From a virus, in the UHGV virus genome UHGV-0036156: a stretch of DNA of 33,121 nucleotides; one strand, written 5' to 3'. Shown here one piece after another: positions 8,928 to 17,315 of the stretch. The notes under the pieces are model-generated. The model searched no databases and was not told the origin of the DNA. It worked only from the letters and a program-made list of their open reading frames with translations. Position 1 is the stretch's first letter, and the number at the start of each line of letters is the position of its first letter. The position numbers and the translations under genes were made by a program.

Positions 8928-8979
8928 ACGCCCTCAATATTCTGTTGTGACGATAAAACGTTCATTACAGGAGGGCAAC

Positions 8980-9540
8980 ATGCCTGAGTTTTCCCCTGCA
9001 TTCCTTCATTCGCTGAATTTTGTTATACGGCCTGATGTTGAAGGTGGTTACGTTAATGATCCCACTGACCGTGGCGGCGAAACCAAATACGGCATTTCTG
9101 ACCGTCGCGACGGCGTTATTGATGGCAAAACCGATGTTAACGGTGACGGGAAGCCTGATACCCGTATTAAAGATTTAACCCACGAGCAGGCGGCGCAAAT
9201 CTACTGGCGTGATTACTGGCTGGCGGCAAAGTGTAACGAATGGCCTGATGGTGTTTCCTTATTCGTCTTTGATGCTGCCGTTCAGCACGGTGTTAAACGC
9301 GCAATTCAAATCCTCCAGGCGGCAGCAGGTGTTGATGATGATGGCATCGTCGGCAAAAACACTCGCGCAGCCGTACTGCGTGCCGATACTGACTGGCTGC
9401 TGTTGCAGTGTTTCCTGCGTCGTTCCCGCTATTACGCAGGGATTATCAAATCCAGTACCTCGCAGGGGAAATATCTGAACGGCTGGTTTAACCGTCTGGA
9501 TCTGCTCGCCAGCGCCTGCCGGGAGGTTCTGCATGGGTAA
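8980..9540 (+). CDS. Endolysin, glycoside hydrolase family 108 type
   Basis: N-terminal signature RPDVEGGYVNDPTDRGGETKYGI, longer C-terminal region. CAGGAGGG precedes the ATG at 8980; ORF track starts at an upstream GTG at 8947. Confidence 0.8.
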   Translation: MPEFSPAFLHSLNFVIRPDVEGGYVNDPTDRGGETKYGISDRRDGVIDGKTDVNGDGKPDTRIKDLTHEQAAQIYWRDYWLAAKCNEWPDGVSLFVFDAAVQHGVKRAIQILQAAAGVDDDGIVGKNTRAAVLRADTDWLLLQCFLRRSRYYAGIIKSSTSQGKYLNGWFNRLDLLASACREVLHG

Positions 9541-9751
9541 AGGGTGGGATGCGTCCTTTCGGTTTGGCAGACGCGAACGTTTACGACAGGAGGTGTTACA
9601 TCGGGAGGCCGGAGGTCCACCACCAAAGCCAATGGATTACACAGGGCACGATGGCACCCACGGGAGCTATTACATGAAAGGCTGGCAGTCAGTCGATATG
9701 CCAGAAATTATTCACCACTGCCAGCGTTACAGGGAAAAGCATCATGTTTAA
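9533..9751 (+). CDS. Small protein in the lysis cassette, function unknown
   Basis: ATG overlaps the endolysin stop (ATGGGTAA) with GGGAGG upstream; 72 aa, no transmembrane segment. Confidence 0.45.
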   Translation: MGKGWDASFRFGRRERLRQEVLHREAGGPPPKPMDYTGHDGTHGSYYMKGWQSVDMPEIIHHCQRYREKHHV

Positions 9752-10124
9752 GCGTTTCTGTTATTTGTTACCAAATTGTCTGCCGGTCATGTTGCTGGCG
9801 CTGATTCTGATTATCAGCTTGTTTTATGGTTTGCGGGCGGTGCTGTTCTGGAATGCTGCCGTTTTCAGTGTGGCGCTGTGCTTTACCGGCACTATTTTTG
9901 ATGATCTGTCCCGGACAGGAAAAATCCGACGTTATGCTTCTATTAATGCCATTGATTTTCTTGGTGGCCTCGTCGGGTTAAGTCTTTCGGCTATTGCAAC
10001 CGGGCTTTTAGAAGAAGCGCATCAGTTCACGATTTATGCTTTATCTGGCTTCTGTAGCATATGGTTTTGCTTTCGCCTCCATATCTGTCTGCGACGTTCA
10101 GTACCGTCTGGCGCGGAGGCATGA
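9744..10124 (+). CDS. Multi-pass membrane protein, candidate holin
   Basis: 126 aa with three to four hydrophobic segments, immediately downstream of the endolysin. Confidence 0.55.
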   Translation: MFKRFCYLLPNCLPVMLLALILIISLFYGLRAVLFWNAAVFSVALCFTGTIFDDLSRTGKIRRYASINAIDFLGGLVGLSLSAIATGLLEEAHQFTIYALSGFCSIWFCFRLHICLRRSVPSGAEA

Positions 10125-10246
10125 TGTACAGAAGATTCAGTAATGAATGTTCCGGCATGGCTACGTTGCTGATGGTGATGAAGGGTATCACAGTTATTGC
10201 ACTGCTTGCCGTAGTCACGGGGATCTGTCTGTTAGTTTTTCGCTGA
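10121..10246 (+). CDS. Small single-pass membrane protein (lysis accessory?)
   Basis: ATGA start/stop overlap with the preceding gene; about 41 aa with a C-terminal hydrophobic segment. ORF track frame 10061..10246. Confidence 0.4.
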   Translation: MMYRRFSNECSGMATLLMVMKGITVIALLAVVTGICLLVFR

Positions 10247-10256
10247 TGGGGGCAAA

Positions 10257-10667
10257 ATGACAAATCAGCAGGATTTATTTGAACATGATCCGGCTGTAAG
10301 CCAGTTAATGGATCATATCGACAATATACCGGCTCCTGAGCAGGAGGCCCGCTGGCCCCGCGCGCTGGTTGAGCTGGTTGACGTTCTGGAAACAGAACTG
10401 AAACGTCAGGGCGTGGATGATGCACGGAGCATAGCCCGTAAACAGGTGATGTCCTTATCATGGTTCCTGGGGGGGCGGCAGTATTACATCCCCCGGGGTG
10501 ATGCACTTCTGGCAGCGTTGCGGGATGATCTGATTTACTGCCAGTTTAACGGTCGGAACATAGAGGAGCTGCGGCGTGAACATCGTCTGTCACAACCGCA
10601 GATTTACAAGATTATTGCCCGGCAGAGAAAACTTCATTCACGGCGACATCAGCCCGATTTATTCTGA
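10257..10667 (+). CDS. C: C-like late-gene transcription activator (Mor/C family)
   Basis: 136 aa; paralogue of Mor with the same conserved motifs; sits upstream of the late operons. Confidence 0.85.
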   Translation: MTNQQDLFEHDPAVSQLMDHIDNIPAPEQEARWPRALVELVDVLETELKRQGVDDARSIARKQVMSLSWFLGGRQYYIPRGDALLAALRDDLIYCQFNGRNIEELRREHRLSQPQIYKIIARQRKLHSRRHQPDLF

Positions 10668-10678
10668 GTAACAGCAAT

Positions 10679-10698
10679 CAACCGGTGCAGGCCGGTTG
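10679..10698 (+). terminator. Candidate terminator hairpin after C
   Basis: CAACCGG-TGCAGG-CCGGTTG hairpin 10 nt after the C stop, followed by TGTTAATT; the U-tract is weak. Confidence 0.35.
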
Positions 10699-10740
10699 TG
10701 TTAATTAATAATAACCCCGTCTACAAATTCCCCTGAGTTA

Positions 10741-10766
10741 CCCTCCTTTTATTACCGAAGGAGGGT
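10741..10766 (+). promoter_or_regulatory. Hairpin pairing the Shine-Dalgarno sequence of the downstream gene
   Basis: CCCTCCTT - 9-10 nt loop - AAGGAGGG, ending a few nt before the ATG at 10770; the 8-bp perfect stem contains the ribosome-binding site. Confidence 0.45.
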
Positions 10767-10769
10767 TTC

Positions 10770-11198
10770 ATGAACGATTTTAAAAAACGTCTCCCCCGCA
10801 TCATCAGAACGCTTGCCATCGTGGTACTGGCGGCATGTGGTGGCTGGCAGTTGTCCGGCGATGGTGATTCATCGCTGGCTTCTGTTCAGTACCTTCCATA
10901 CACAGATCAGCACGGCGAACTGACTGTTTGCCTTAACCATCACGGTCCTGATATTCAGCAACGCCCTTACAGCTATGGTGAATGCATCATGCTGTTGAAA
11001 GCAGATTTGAAGCCTGTTTATGACACGTTAAATACCCATCTGAACAGGCCACTGACAGAGGAGCAAAAAAATGCACTGGCGGTGTTTATGTTCAGCGCCG
11101 GTTCTGGTGCTGTGCCCGCTCCCCGTAATAATCAGCTGCTGAATGATGATGTGTTACCGGTGCCGGGATTAATGCCGGGTATGTCGTCAGGGCTGTAA
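10770..11198 (+). CDS. Mu gp22-like lysozyme-fold protein (phage lysozyme family) with altered catalytic site, N-terminal SAR or lipoprotein-type signal
   Basis: YLPYTD...TVC...ECxxLLxxDL...ALxxFxFxxGxG aligns with P21 R-type SAR endolysins. N-terminus MNDFKKR + TLAIVVLAAC. Ala sits where the catalytic Glu is expected, and the protein is about 25 aa short at the C-terminus. Confidence 0.75.
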   Translation: MNDFKKRLPRIIRTLAIVVLAACGGWQLSGDGDSSLASVQYLPYTDQHGELTVCLNHHGPDIQQRPYSYGECIMLLKADLKPVYDTLNTHLNRPLTEEQKNALAVFMFSAGSGAVPAPRNNQLLNDDVLPVPGLMPGMSSGL

Positions 11199-11210
11199 AC
11201 AGGAGAGCGT

Positions 11211-11510
11211 GTGGATATTTATTCAGTGCTGACCTACTCGATAGGCAGTGGCAACACCATTGGTGGCATTTTGTGGTGGGCGGTGAGGCGTACATTTGCC
11301 AGTACGGAACGTGTGGAGCAAATCGAAAGCCGTTTAACCGCGCTTGAAACGAAGTGCGAAAACATGCCCAGTGCACAGGATTTACATGCTGTCCGGTTAC
11401 AAACCGCAGAAACCAATGGTGAAGTGAAAGCGATGAACCGGCACATACAGGTGCTGACCCATCAACTGGAGCTTTTGCTCGAAAAGGCGCTCGGAGAGAA
11501 CAACAAATGA
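11211..11510 (+). CDS. Releasin-like membrane-tethered protein (Mu gp25 position)
   Basis: 99 aa with an N-terminal hydrophobic segment (IYSVLTYSIGSGNTIGGILWWAV) and a coiled-coil-like remainder; directly follows the gp22-like gene. GTG start. Confidence 0.6.
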   Translation: MDIYSVLTYSIGSGNTIGGILWWAVRRTFASTERVEQIESRLTALETKCENMPSAQDLHAVRLQTAETNGEVKAMNRHIQVLTHQLELLLEKALGENNK

Positions 11511-11797
11511 TTGACGACATTCTGACGCAGGATCGCCGCCTGGTCATCCTGCGTTCACTGATGGACTGCAATAACGAGGCTAACGAATCCATTTTGCAGG
11601 ATTGCCTGGATGCTTACGGGCATAACGTTTCACGTGATGTGGTTCGTGGTCAGATTGACTGGCTGGCAGAACAGCAGCTTGTCACCGTGGAAAACCTGCG
11701 CGGCTTTTATGTCGTGACGCTGACCTCCCGTGGTCAGGATGTGGCTGAAGGCCGGGCTCGTGTTTCCGGTGTCAAACGTCCACGTCCCCGCTTCTGA
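11507..11797 (+). CDS. Conserved Mu-like protein (gp26 position), function unknown
   Basis: 96-aa ORF overlapping the previous stop, same strand. Confidence 0.55.
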   Translation: MIDDILTQDRRLVILRSLMDCNNEANESILQDCLDAYGHNVSRDVVRGQIDWLAEQQLVTVENLRGFYVVTLTSRGQDVAEGRARVSGVKRPRPRF

Positions 11798-11805
11798 ACG
11801 GAGGC

Positions 11806-12384
11806 ATGATGGACAGGAAAACACGGGGACGGGCTTCAAAAGTGGATTTGCTGCCGGAAAACGTGCGCAAAACACTGCATGAAATGCTGCGTGACAAGGC
11901 AATCCCACAGGCCCGCATTCTGGAAGAAATTAACGCCCTGATTGAAGATGCCGGACTGCCTGATGACATGAAACTCTCCCGTTCCGGCCTGAACCGTTAC
12001 GCGACAAACGTCGAACAGGTAGGCCATAACCTGCGACAGATGCGTGAAATGACGTCAGCACTGACCGCAGAACTTGGCGACAAGCCAATGGGGGAAACCA
12101 CAAAGCTGATTCTGGAAATGGCCCGCAGCCAGCTTTTTAAAGCCATGATGCGGCAAATCGAAAAACCGGAAGATGACGTGGATATTGAACTGCTGAAAAA
12201 CGCCATGCTGGCGGCACAGCGTCTGGAATCCACAGCAATGTCCAGCCACCGGCGCGAGAAAGAGATCCGCCAGGCATTCGCAGAAGAAGCGGCAAACGCT
12301 GTCAGCGAAGAACTGCGCGGGCAGGATGGCATCAGCGAAGAACTGGAGCAGCGTATCCGTGATGTGCTGCTGGGGAAAGCGTAA
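11806..12384 (+). CDS. Putative terminase small subunit (Mu D/gp27-like)
   Basis: 192 aa, helical and charged; positioned upstream of the large terminase as in Mu. Confidence 0.65.
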   Translation: MMDRKTRGRASKVDLLPENVRKTLHEMLRDKAIPQARILEEINALIEDAGLPDDMKLSRSGLNRYATNVEQVGHNLRQMREMTSALTAELGDKPMGETTKLILEMARSQLFKAMMRQIEKPEDDVDIELLKNAMLAAQRLESTAMSSHRREKEIRQAFAEEAANAVSEELRGQDGISEELEQRIRDVLLGKA

Positions 12385-12397
12385 AGGAGAAAATGTA

Positions 12398-12592
12398 ATG
12401 GCTGTTGAAACCAAAGAAAAAACGTCTGCGGAAATTGCCCTGAAACTCAAACCCATCGTCGAAGCGGCGCTGGCTGAGGAGGGCAATATTCATATCGTCA
12501 CAAAAGCCGAATCACTGTATCTGTTAATGCAGATTGTGGTTGGCCCGCGTATCGCGGGCCAGATCATCAGAGAGTCACAAATTAATCAGTAA
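12398..12592 (+). CDS. Small protein, function unknown, in an inserted segment between terminase genes
   Basis: AAGGAG 8 nt upstream of ATG at 12398 (ORF track frame 12326..12592); 64 aa. Confidence 0.5.
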   Translation: MAVETKEKTSAEIALKLKPIVEAALAEEGNIHIVTKAESLYLLMQIVVGPRIAGQIIRESQINQ

Positions 12593-12767
12593 TCATTGCC
12601 TCCAGCAACTGATAAATATGTTTTAACAACTCCCGTTCTGACTTCACATTTTGATCAGAACCGGCAAGACACGCTGGCTGTTTATTCGTATTCATGCCAG
12701 CGATAACAAAGTCACTTGCTATTTTTGCAATCTCAATTTTTTGGTCAATGGTCAGCTTTTCTTTCAT
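12582..12767 (-). CDS. Counter-oriented small protein (61 aa), function unknown
   Basis: Minus-strand ORF with AAGAGG 5 nt upstream of its ATG and a TATAAA -10-like element about 30 nt further upstream; local AT-rich composition. Confidence 0.5.
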   Translation of the reverse strand: MKEKLTIDQKIEIAKIASDFVIAGMNTNKQPACLAGSDQNVKSERELLKHIYQLLEAMITD

Positions 12768-12821
12768 AGCAACCTCTTTTTACTGATTAAAGCCTGAAAA
12801 TTTATACCGGATTTTTCACCT

Positions 12822-14477
12822 GTGAGCACCAAAGAAAGCAAACTTAAAGCCCTTCATGCGCCCCGCAAAATCGACCTGCGTAAGGAAGCCGAATTGCTTG
12901 GCGTGAATATCGTGACCGATATCGGGGAAGCACAGCCCCGCAATGAACCGGTTTTTCTGGGCTATCAGCGCCGCTGGTTTGAGGATGAAAGCCAGATTTG
13001 CATTGCTGAAAAATCCCGTCGTACCGGTCTGACATGGGCCGAAGCGGGCCGCAATGTCATGACGGCCGCAAAGCCGCGTCGCCGTGGTGGTCGCAACGTC
13101 TTTTATGTGGGTTCCCGTCAGGAAATGGCGCTGGAATACATCGCCGCCTGTGCCCTGTTTGCCCGCGCCTTTAACCAGCTGGCAAAGGCTGACGTCTGGG
13201 AGCAGACCTTCTGGGACAGCGACAAAAAAGAAGAAATCCTCACCTACATGATCCGCTTTCCGAATAGTGGATTTAAGGTGCAGGCGCTTTCAAGCCGCCC
13301 GTCTAACCTGCGTGGTTTACAGGGGGATGTGGTGATTGATGAAGCGGCATTTCATGAAGCCCTGGACGAACTCCTGAAAGCGGCCTTTGCGCTCACCATG
13401 TGGGGTGCCCGCGTGCGGATCATATCGACACATAACGGCGTCGATAACCTGTTTAACCAGTACATTCAGGATGCACGCGAGGGGCGCAAGGATTACAGCG
13501 TTCACCGTATCACGCTGGACGATGCCATCGCTGACGGGCTGTACCGGCGTATCTGTTATGTTACGAATCAGCCGTGGTCACCGGAAGCGGAGAAAGCCTG
13601 GCGTGATGGCCTGTACCGGAACGCGCCGAACAAAGAGAGCGCCGACGAGGAATACGGCTGTATTCCCAAAAAATCCGGTGGCGCTTACCTGTCCCGTGTC
13701 CTGATTGAAGCTGCCATGACACCCGCGCGGGATATCCCGGTTCTGCGTTTTGAAGCCCCGGACGATTTTGAATCGCTGACACCGCAGATGCGCCACGGTA
13801 TCGTTCAGGACTGGTGTGAACAGGAGCTGCTCCCGTTGCTCGATGCGCTGTCACCGCTCAATAAACACGTACTGGGCGAAGACTTTGCACGCCGTGGCGA
13901 CCTGACGGTGTTTGTGCCGCTTGCCATCACTCCAGACTTACGCAAACGCGAATGTTTCCGCGTGGAGCTGCGTAATGTGACCTATGACCAGCAGCGACAA
14001 ATCCTTTTATTCATTCTGTCCCGTTTGCCCCGTTTTACCGGCGCTGCATTTGATGCCACCGGTAACGGCGGTTATCTGGCAGAAGCCGCCCGTCTGATTT
14101 ATGGCCCGGAGATGATCGACTGTGTGAATCTGACCGCATCCTGGTATCAGGAGTGGATGCCAAAACTGAAAGGCGAGTTTGAAGCGCAGAACATCACGAT
14201 TGCCCGGCACCAGACCACACTTGATGACCTGCTCCACATCAAGGTGGACAAAGGTATTCCGCAGATTGATAAGGGGCGCACAAAAGATGAAGGCGGTAAA
14301 GGCCGACGACATGGCGACTTTGCCGTGGCGCTCTGTATGGCTGTCAGGGCGTCTTATATGAATGGTTTTGTTATCGACGAGGACAGCATACAGGCGCTGC
14401 CACCACGCCACCGTGGTGATGATGTTGATAACGATGATTTTGATGATTATCACCAGTTTGAACGAGGGGGCTGGTAA
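12822..14477 (+). CDS. Terminase large subunit (Mu E/gp28-like)
   Basis: 551 aa with an ATPase Walker B-like VVIDEAAF and a C-terminal nuclease-type region; precedes the portal gene. GTG start. Confidence 0.9.
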   Translation: MSTKESKLKALHAPRKIDLRKEAELLGVNIVTDIGEAQPRNEPVFLGYQRRWFEDESQICIAEKSRRTGLTWAEAGRNVMTAAKPRRRGGRNVFYVGSRQEMALEYIAACALFARAFNQLAKADVWEQTFWDSDKKEEILTYMIRFPNSGFKVQALSSRPSNLRGLQGDVVIDEAAFHEALDELLKAAFALTMWGARVRIISTHNGVDNLFNQYIQDAREGRKDYSVHRITLDDAIADGLYRRICYVTNQPWSPEAEKAWRDGLYRNAPNKESADEEYGCIPKKSGGAYLSRVLIEAAMTPARDIPVLRFEAPDDFESLTPQMRHGIVQDWCEQELLPLLDALSPLNKHVLGEDFARRGDLTVFVPLAITPDLRKRECFRVELRNVTYDQQRQILLFILSRLPRFTGAAFDATGNGGYLAEAARLIYGPEMIDCVNLTASWYQEWMPKLKGEFEAQNITIARHQTTLDDLLHIKVDKGIPQIDKGRTKDEGGKGRRHGDFAVALCMAVRASYMNGFVIDEDSIQALPPRHRGDDVDNDDFDDYHQFERGGW

Positions 14478-16015
14478 TGGGCCGTATTCTGGATATTTCC
14501 GGGCAGCCGTTTGATTTTGACGATGAAATGCAGACCCGCAGCGATGAGCTGGCAATGGTCATGAAGCGCACACAGGAGCATCCCTCCAGTGGCGTGACGC
14601 CGAACCGGGCCGCGCAGATGCTGCGTGATGCCGAACGCGGTGATCTGACAGCACAGGCTGACCTGGCCTTTGATATGGAAGAAAAGGACACCCACCTTTT
14701 TTCCGAACTGAGCAAACGCCGCCTTGCCATTCAGGCGCTGGAATGGCGCATCGCTCCGGCACGTGATGCCAGTGCACAGGAGAAAAAAGACGCCGACATG
14801 CTGAATGAATATCTGCATGATGCGGCGTGGTTTGAAGATGCCCTGTTTGATGCCGGTGATGCCATTCTCAAGGGTTATTCCATGCAGGAGATTGAATGGG
14901 GGTGGCTTGGGAAAATGCGCGTGCCGGTGGCGCTGCATCATCGCGATCCGGCGCTGTTCTGCGCGAACCCCGACAATCTGAACGAATTACGTCTGCGTGA
15001 TACGTCTTATCACGGGCTGGAGCTGCAACCGTTCGGCTGGTTTATGCATCGGGCCAAATCCCGCACCGGGTACGTTGGTACCAATGGCCTTGTGCGCACG
15101 CTTATCTGGCCTTTTATTTTTAAAAACTATTCCGTGCGTGATTTTGCGGAGTTCCTGGAAATTTACGGACTCCCTATGCGCGTCGGTAAATATCCGACCG
15201 GCTCCACGAACCGCGAGAAAGCCACGCTGATGCAGGCCGTGATGGATATCGGGCGACGTGCCGGTGGCATTATTCCGATGGGGATGACGCTGGATTTTCA
15301 GAGCGCCGCAGATGGTCAGTCAGACCCCTTTATGGCGATGATTGGCTGGGCAGAAAAAGCGATTTCAAAAGCCATTCTGGGCGGCACCCTGACCACAGAG
15401 GCCGGAGATAAAGGTGCGCGGTCGCTGGGTGAAGTGCATGACGAGGTTCGCCGGGAAATCCGTAACGCGGATGTGGGCCAGCTTGCCCGCAGTATTAACC
15501 GTGACTTGATCTATCCCCTGCTGGCACTGAACAGTAACAGCACCATTGATATTAACCGCCTGCCGGGCATTGTATTTGATACCAGTGAAGCGGGTGATAT
15601 TACGGCACTGTCTGACGCCATTCCGAAACTGGCGGCAGGAATGCGTATTCCGGTCTCCTGGATACAGGAAAAACTTCATATTCCACAGCCGGTCGGTGAT
15701 GAAGCCGTGTTTACTGTACAACCGGTTGTCCCGGATAACGGTTCGCAGAAAGAGGCCGCATTATCCGCTGATGATATCCCGCAGAAGGATGATATCGACC
15801 GGATGGGCGTTTCACCGGAAGACTGGCAGCGTTCGGTTGATCCCCTGCTGAAACCCGTCATTCTTTCTGTGCTGAAAGATGGCCCGGAAGCCGCCATGAA
15901 CAAAGCCGCTTCATTATATCCGCAGATGGATGATGCAGAACTTATCGACATGCTGACCCGTGCCATTTTTGTTGCCGATATATGGGGGCGTCTGGATGCC
16001 GCAGCAGACCATTGA
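14477..16015 (+). CDS. Portal protein (Mu H/gp29-like)
   Basis: 512 aa, between terminase and the head-morphogenesis gene; start overlaps the terminase stop. Confidence 0.9.
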   Translation: MGRILDISGQPFDFDDEMQTRSDELAMVMKRTQEHPSSGVTPNRAAQMLRDAERGDLTAQADLAFDMEEKDTHLFSELSKRRLAIQALEWRIAPARDASAQEKKDADMLNEYLHDAAWFEDALFDAGDAILKGYSMQEIEWGWLGKMRVPVALHHRDPALFCANPDNLNELRLRDTSYHGLELQPFGWFMHRAKSRTGYVGTNGLVRTLIWPFIFKNYSVRDFAEFLEIYGLPMRVGKYPTGSTNREKATLMQAVMDIGRRAGGIIPMGMTLDFQSAADGQSDPFMAMIGWAEKAISKAILGGTLTTEAGDKGARSLGEVHDEVRREIRNADVGQLARSINRDLIYPLLALNSNSTIDINRLPGIVFDTSEAGDITALSDAIPKLAAGMRIPVSWIQEKLHIPQPVGDEAVFTVQPVVPDNGSQKEAALSADDIPQKDDIDRMGVSPEDWQRSVDPLLKPVILSVLKDGPEAAMNKAASLYPQMDDAELIDMLTRAIFVADIWGRLDAAADH

Positions 16016-17315
16016 TCTGGCGTATGCCGCACGCCTCCCGCCAAAGGAGGCTGTCGCGTATTTCCGCGCCAAAGGCTACAACATCACCTGGAACTGGTAC
16101 GAACAACTGGCAGACGCGCACGCCCGTGCCTTTACCGTTGCCAAAGCTGCCCGGATGGATGTCCTGACCACAATCCGTGAGGAAGTGGAGCGGGCTGTCA
16201 GTGAGGGTATCACCCGTGAGGAATTTACCCGCACACTGGCTCCCCGGTTGCAAAAGCTCGGATGGTGGGGAAAACAAATCATCGTGGATGCAGAGGGAAA
16301 CGCGAAGGAAATCGAACTGGGCAGTCCGCGTCGTCTGGCAACCATTTATAACGTCAATACCCGTACAGCGTACGGGGCGGGACGTTATGCACAGATGATG
16401 AATACCGCAGACCTGTATCCGTACTGGCAGTATGTCGCCGTTATGGACAGCAGAACGCGCCCGGAACATGCCCGGCTGCATAATATGATTTTCCGGTATG
16501 ACGATATTTTCTGGCAGACACATTACCCGCCCAATGGCTGGAGCTGTCGCTGCCGCGTTCGTGCGATATCTGCGGCCCGAATGAAAGAACTGGGATTACA
16601 GGTCAGCTATGGTGCTTCATTCATGGATACCCGCGAAGTGGAGGCCGGCACGGATGAAAGCACAGGAGAGATTTTCCGCACATCGTCAACCACGTTTGAC
16701 AACGGTCGGGTAAAAATGACGCCGGACGTTGGCTGGTCATATAACCCTGGTTCGGCGGCATTCGGTACTGATCAGGCGCTGATTCGAAAACTGGTGGAAG
16801 TTCGTGACGCGCAGCTGCGTGAGCAGGTTGTACAGACGCTGAATAACAGCCGGGAGCGCCAGCTTGCTTTTTCCCTGTGGCTTAATCGTCTGGCGAAATC
16901 ACGTCACGCCGGGCGTGAGATCCGGGCACTGGGTTTTATGACGGAATCGGTAGCTGAAGCCGTACATCAGCGCACCGGGAATATGCCAGCCCGTTTACTG
17001 GTGATGAATGGAGAAAGTCTGGCTACCGCTGCTGATGCTGCCCTGAAAGCAGAGGATTTACAGCGTCTGCCGTCTCTGATGGCAGAACCACAGGCGGTAT
17101 TGTGGGACAGAAAAAATCACCAGCTGCTGTACGTTGTGGCAACCCGTGACGGCACGGCCCAAATTGTGGTCAGAACATCACAGACAGTCGGCAGGCAGAA
17201 TGACCGGGCTGATGTGCTGGTCAGTATCAGCCGCGTATCTGCACAGTCGCTTGAAGCCGCGATTGCTGACGGGATGATTGACGTACTGGAAGGGCATGTG
17301 GAGGTGAATAAGTGA
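15960..17315 (+). CDS. Head morphogenesis protein (Mu F/gp30-like)
   Basis: 451-aa ORF; the likely start is the ATG at 15996 after a GGGGG stretch. Confidence 0.85.
   Translation: MPFLLPIYGGVWMPQQTIDLAYAARLPPKEAVAYFRAKGYNITWNWYEQLADAHARAFTVAKAARMDVLTTIREEVERAVSEGITREEFTRTLAPRLQKLGWWGKQIIVDAEGNAKEIELGSPRRLATIYNVNTRTAYGAGRYAQMMNTADLYPYWQYVAVMDSRTRPEHARLHNMIFRYDDIFWQTHYPPNGWSCRCRVRAISAARMKELGLQVSYGASFMDTREVEAGTDESTGEIFRTSSTTFDNGRVKMTPDVGWSYNPGSAAFGTDQALIRKLVEVRDAQLREQVVQTLNNSRERQLAFSLWLNRLAKSRHAGREIRALGFMTESVAEAVHQRTGNMPARLLVMNGESLATAADAALKAEDLQRLPSLMAEPQAVLWDRKNHQLLYVVATRDGTAQIVVRTSQTVGRQNDRADVLVSISRVSAQSLEAAIADGMIDVLEGHVEVNK

Noticed and set aside
9544-9804. Alternative 86-aa frame after the GH108 endolysin
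   Set aside because: Competes with the 9533..9751 frame, which has an ATG overlapping the endolysin stop and a GGGAGG site; the 9544 frame starts at GTG without a ribosome-binding site and overlaps the downstream membrane-protein gene.
10770-11198. Interpretation of the lipobox-bearing ORF as an outer-membrane spanin
   Set aside because: The protein has clear lysozyme-fold motifs over most of its length, so it is a gp22-type homologue rather than a spanin; no separate spanin pair was identified in the window.
14007-14941. Minus-strand ORFs of 119-182 aa inside the terminase and portal genes
   Set aside because: Same reasoning: embedded antisense frames in strongly supported plus-strand genes; no start-site signals.
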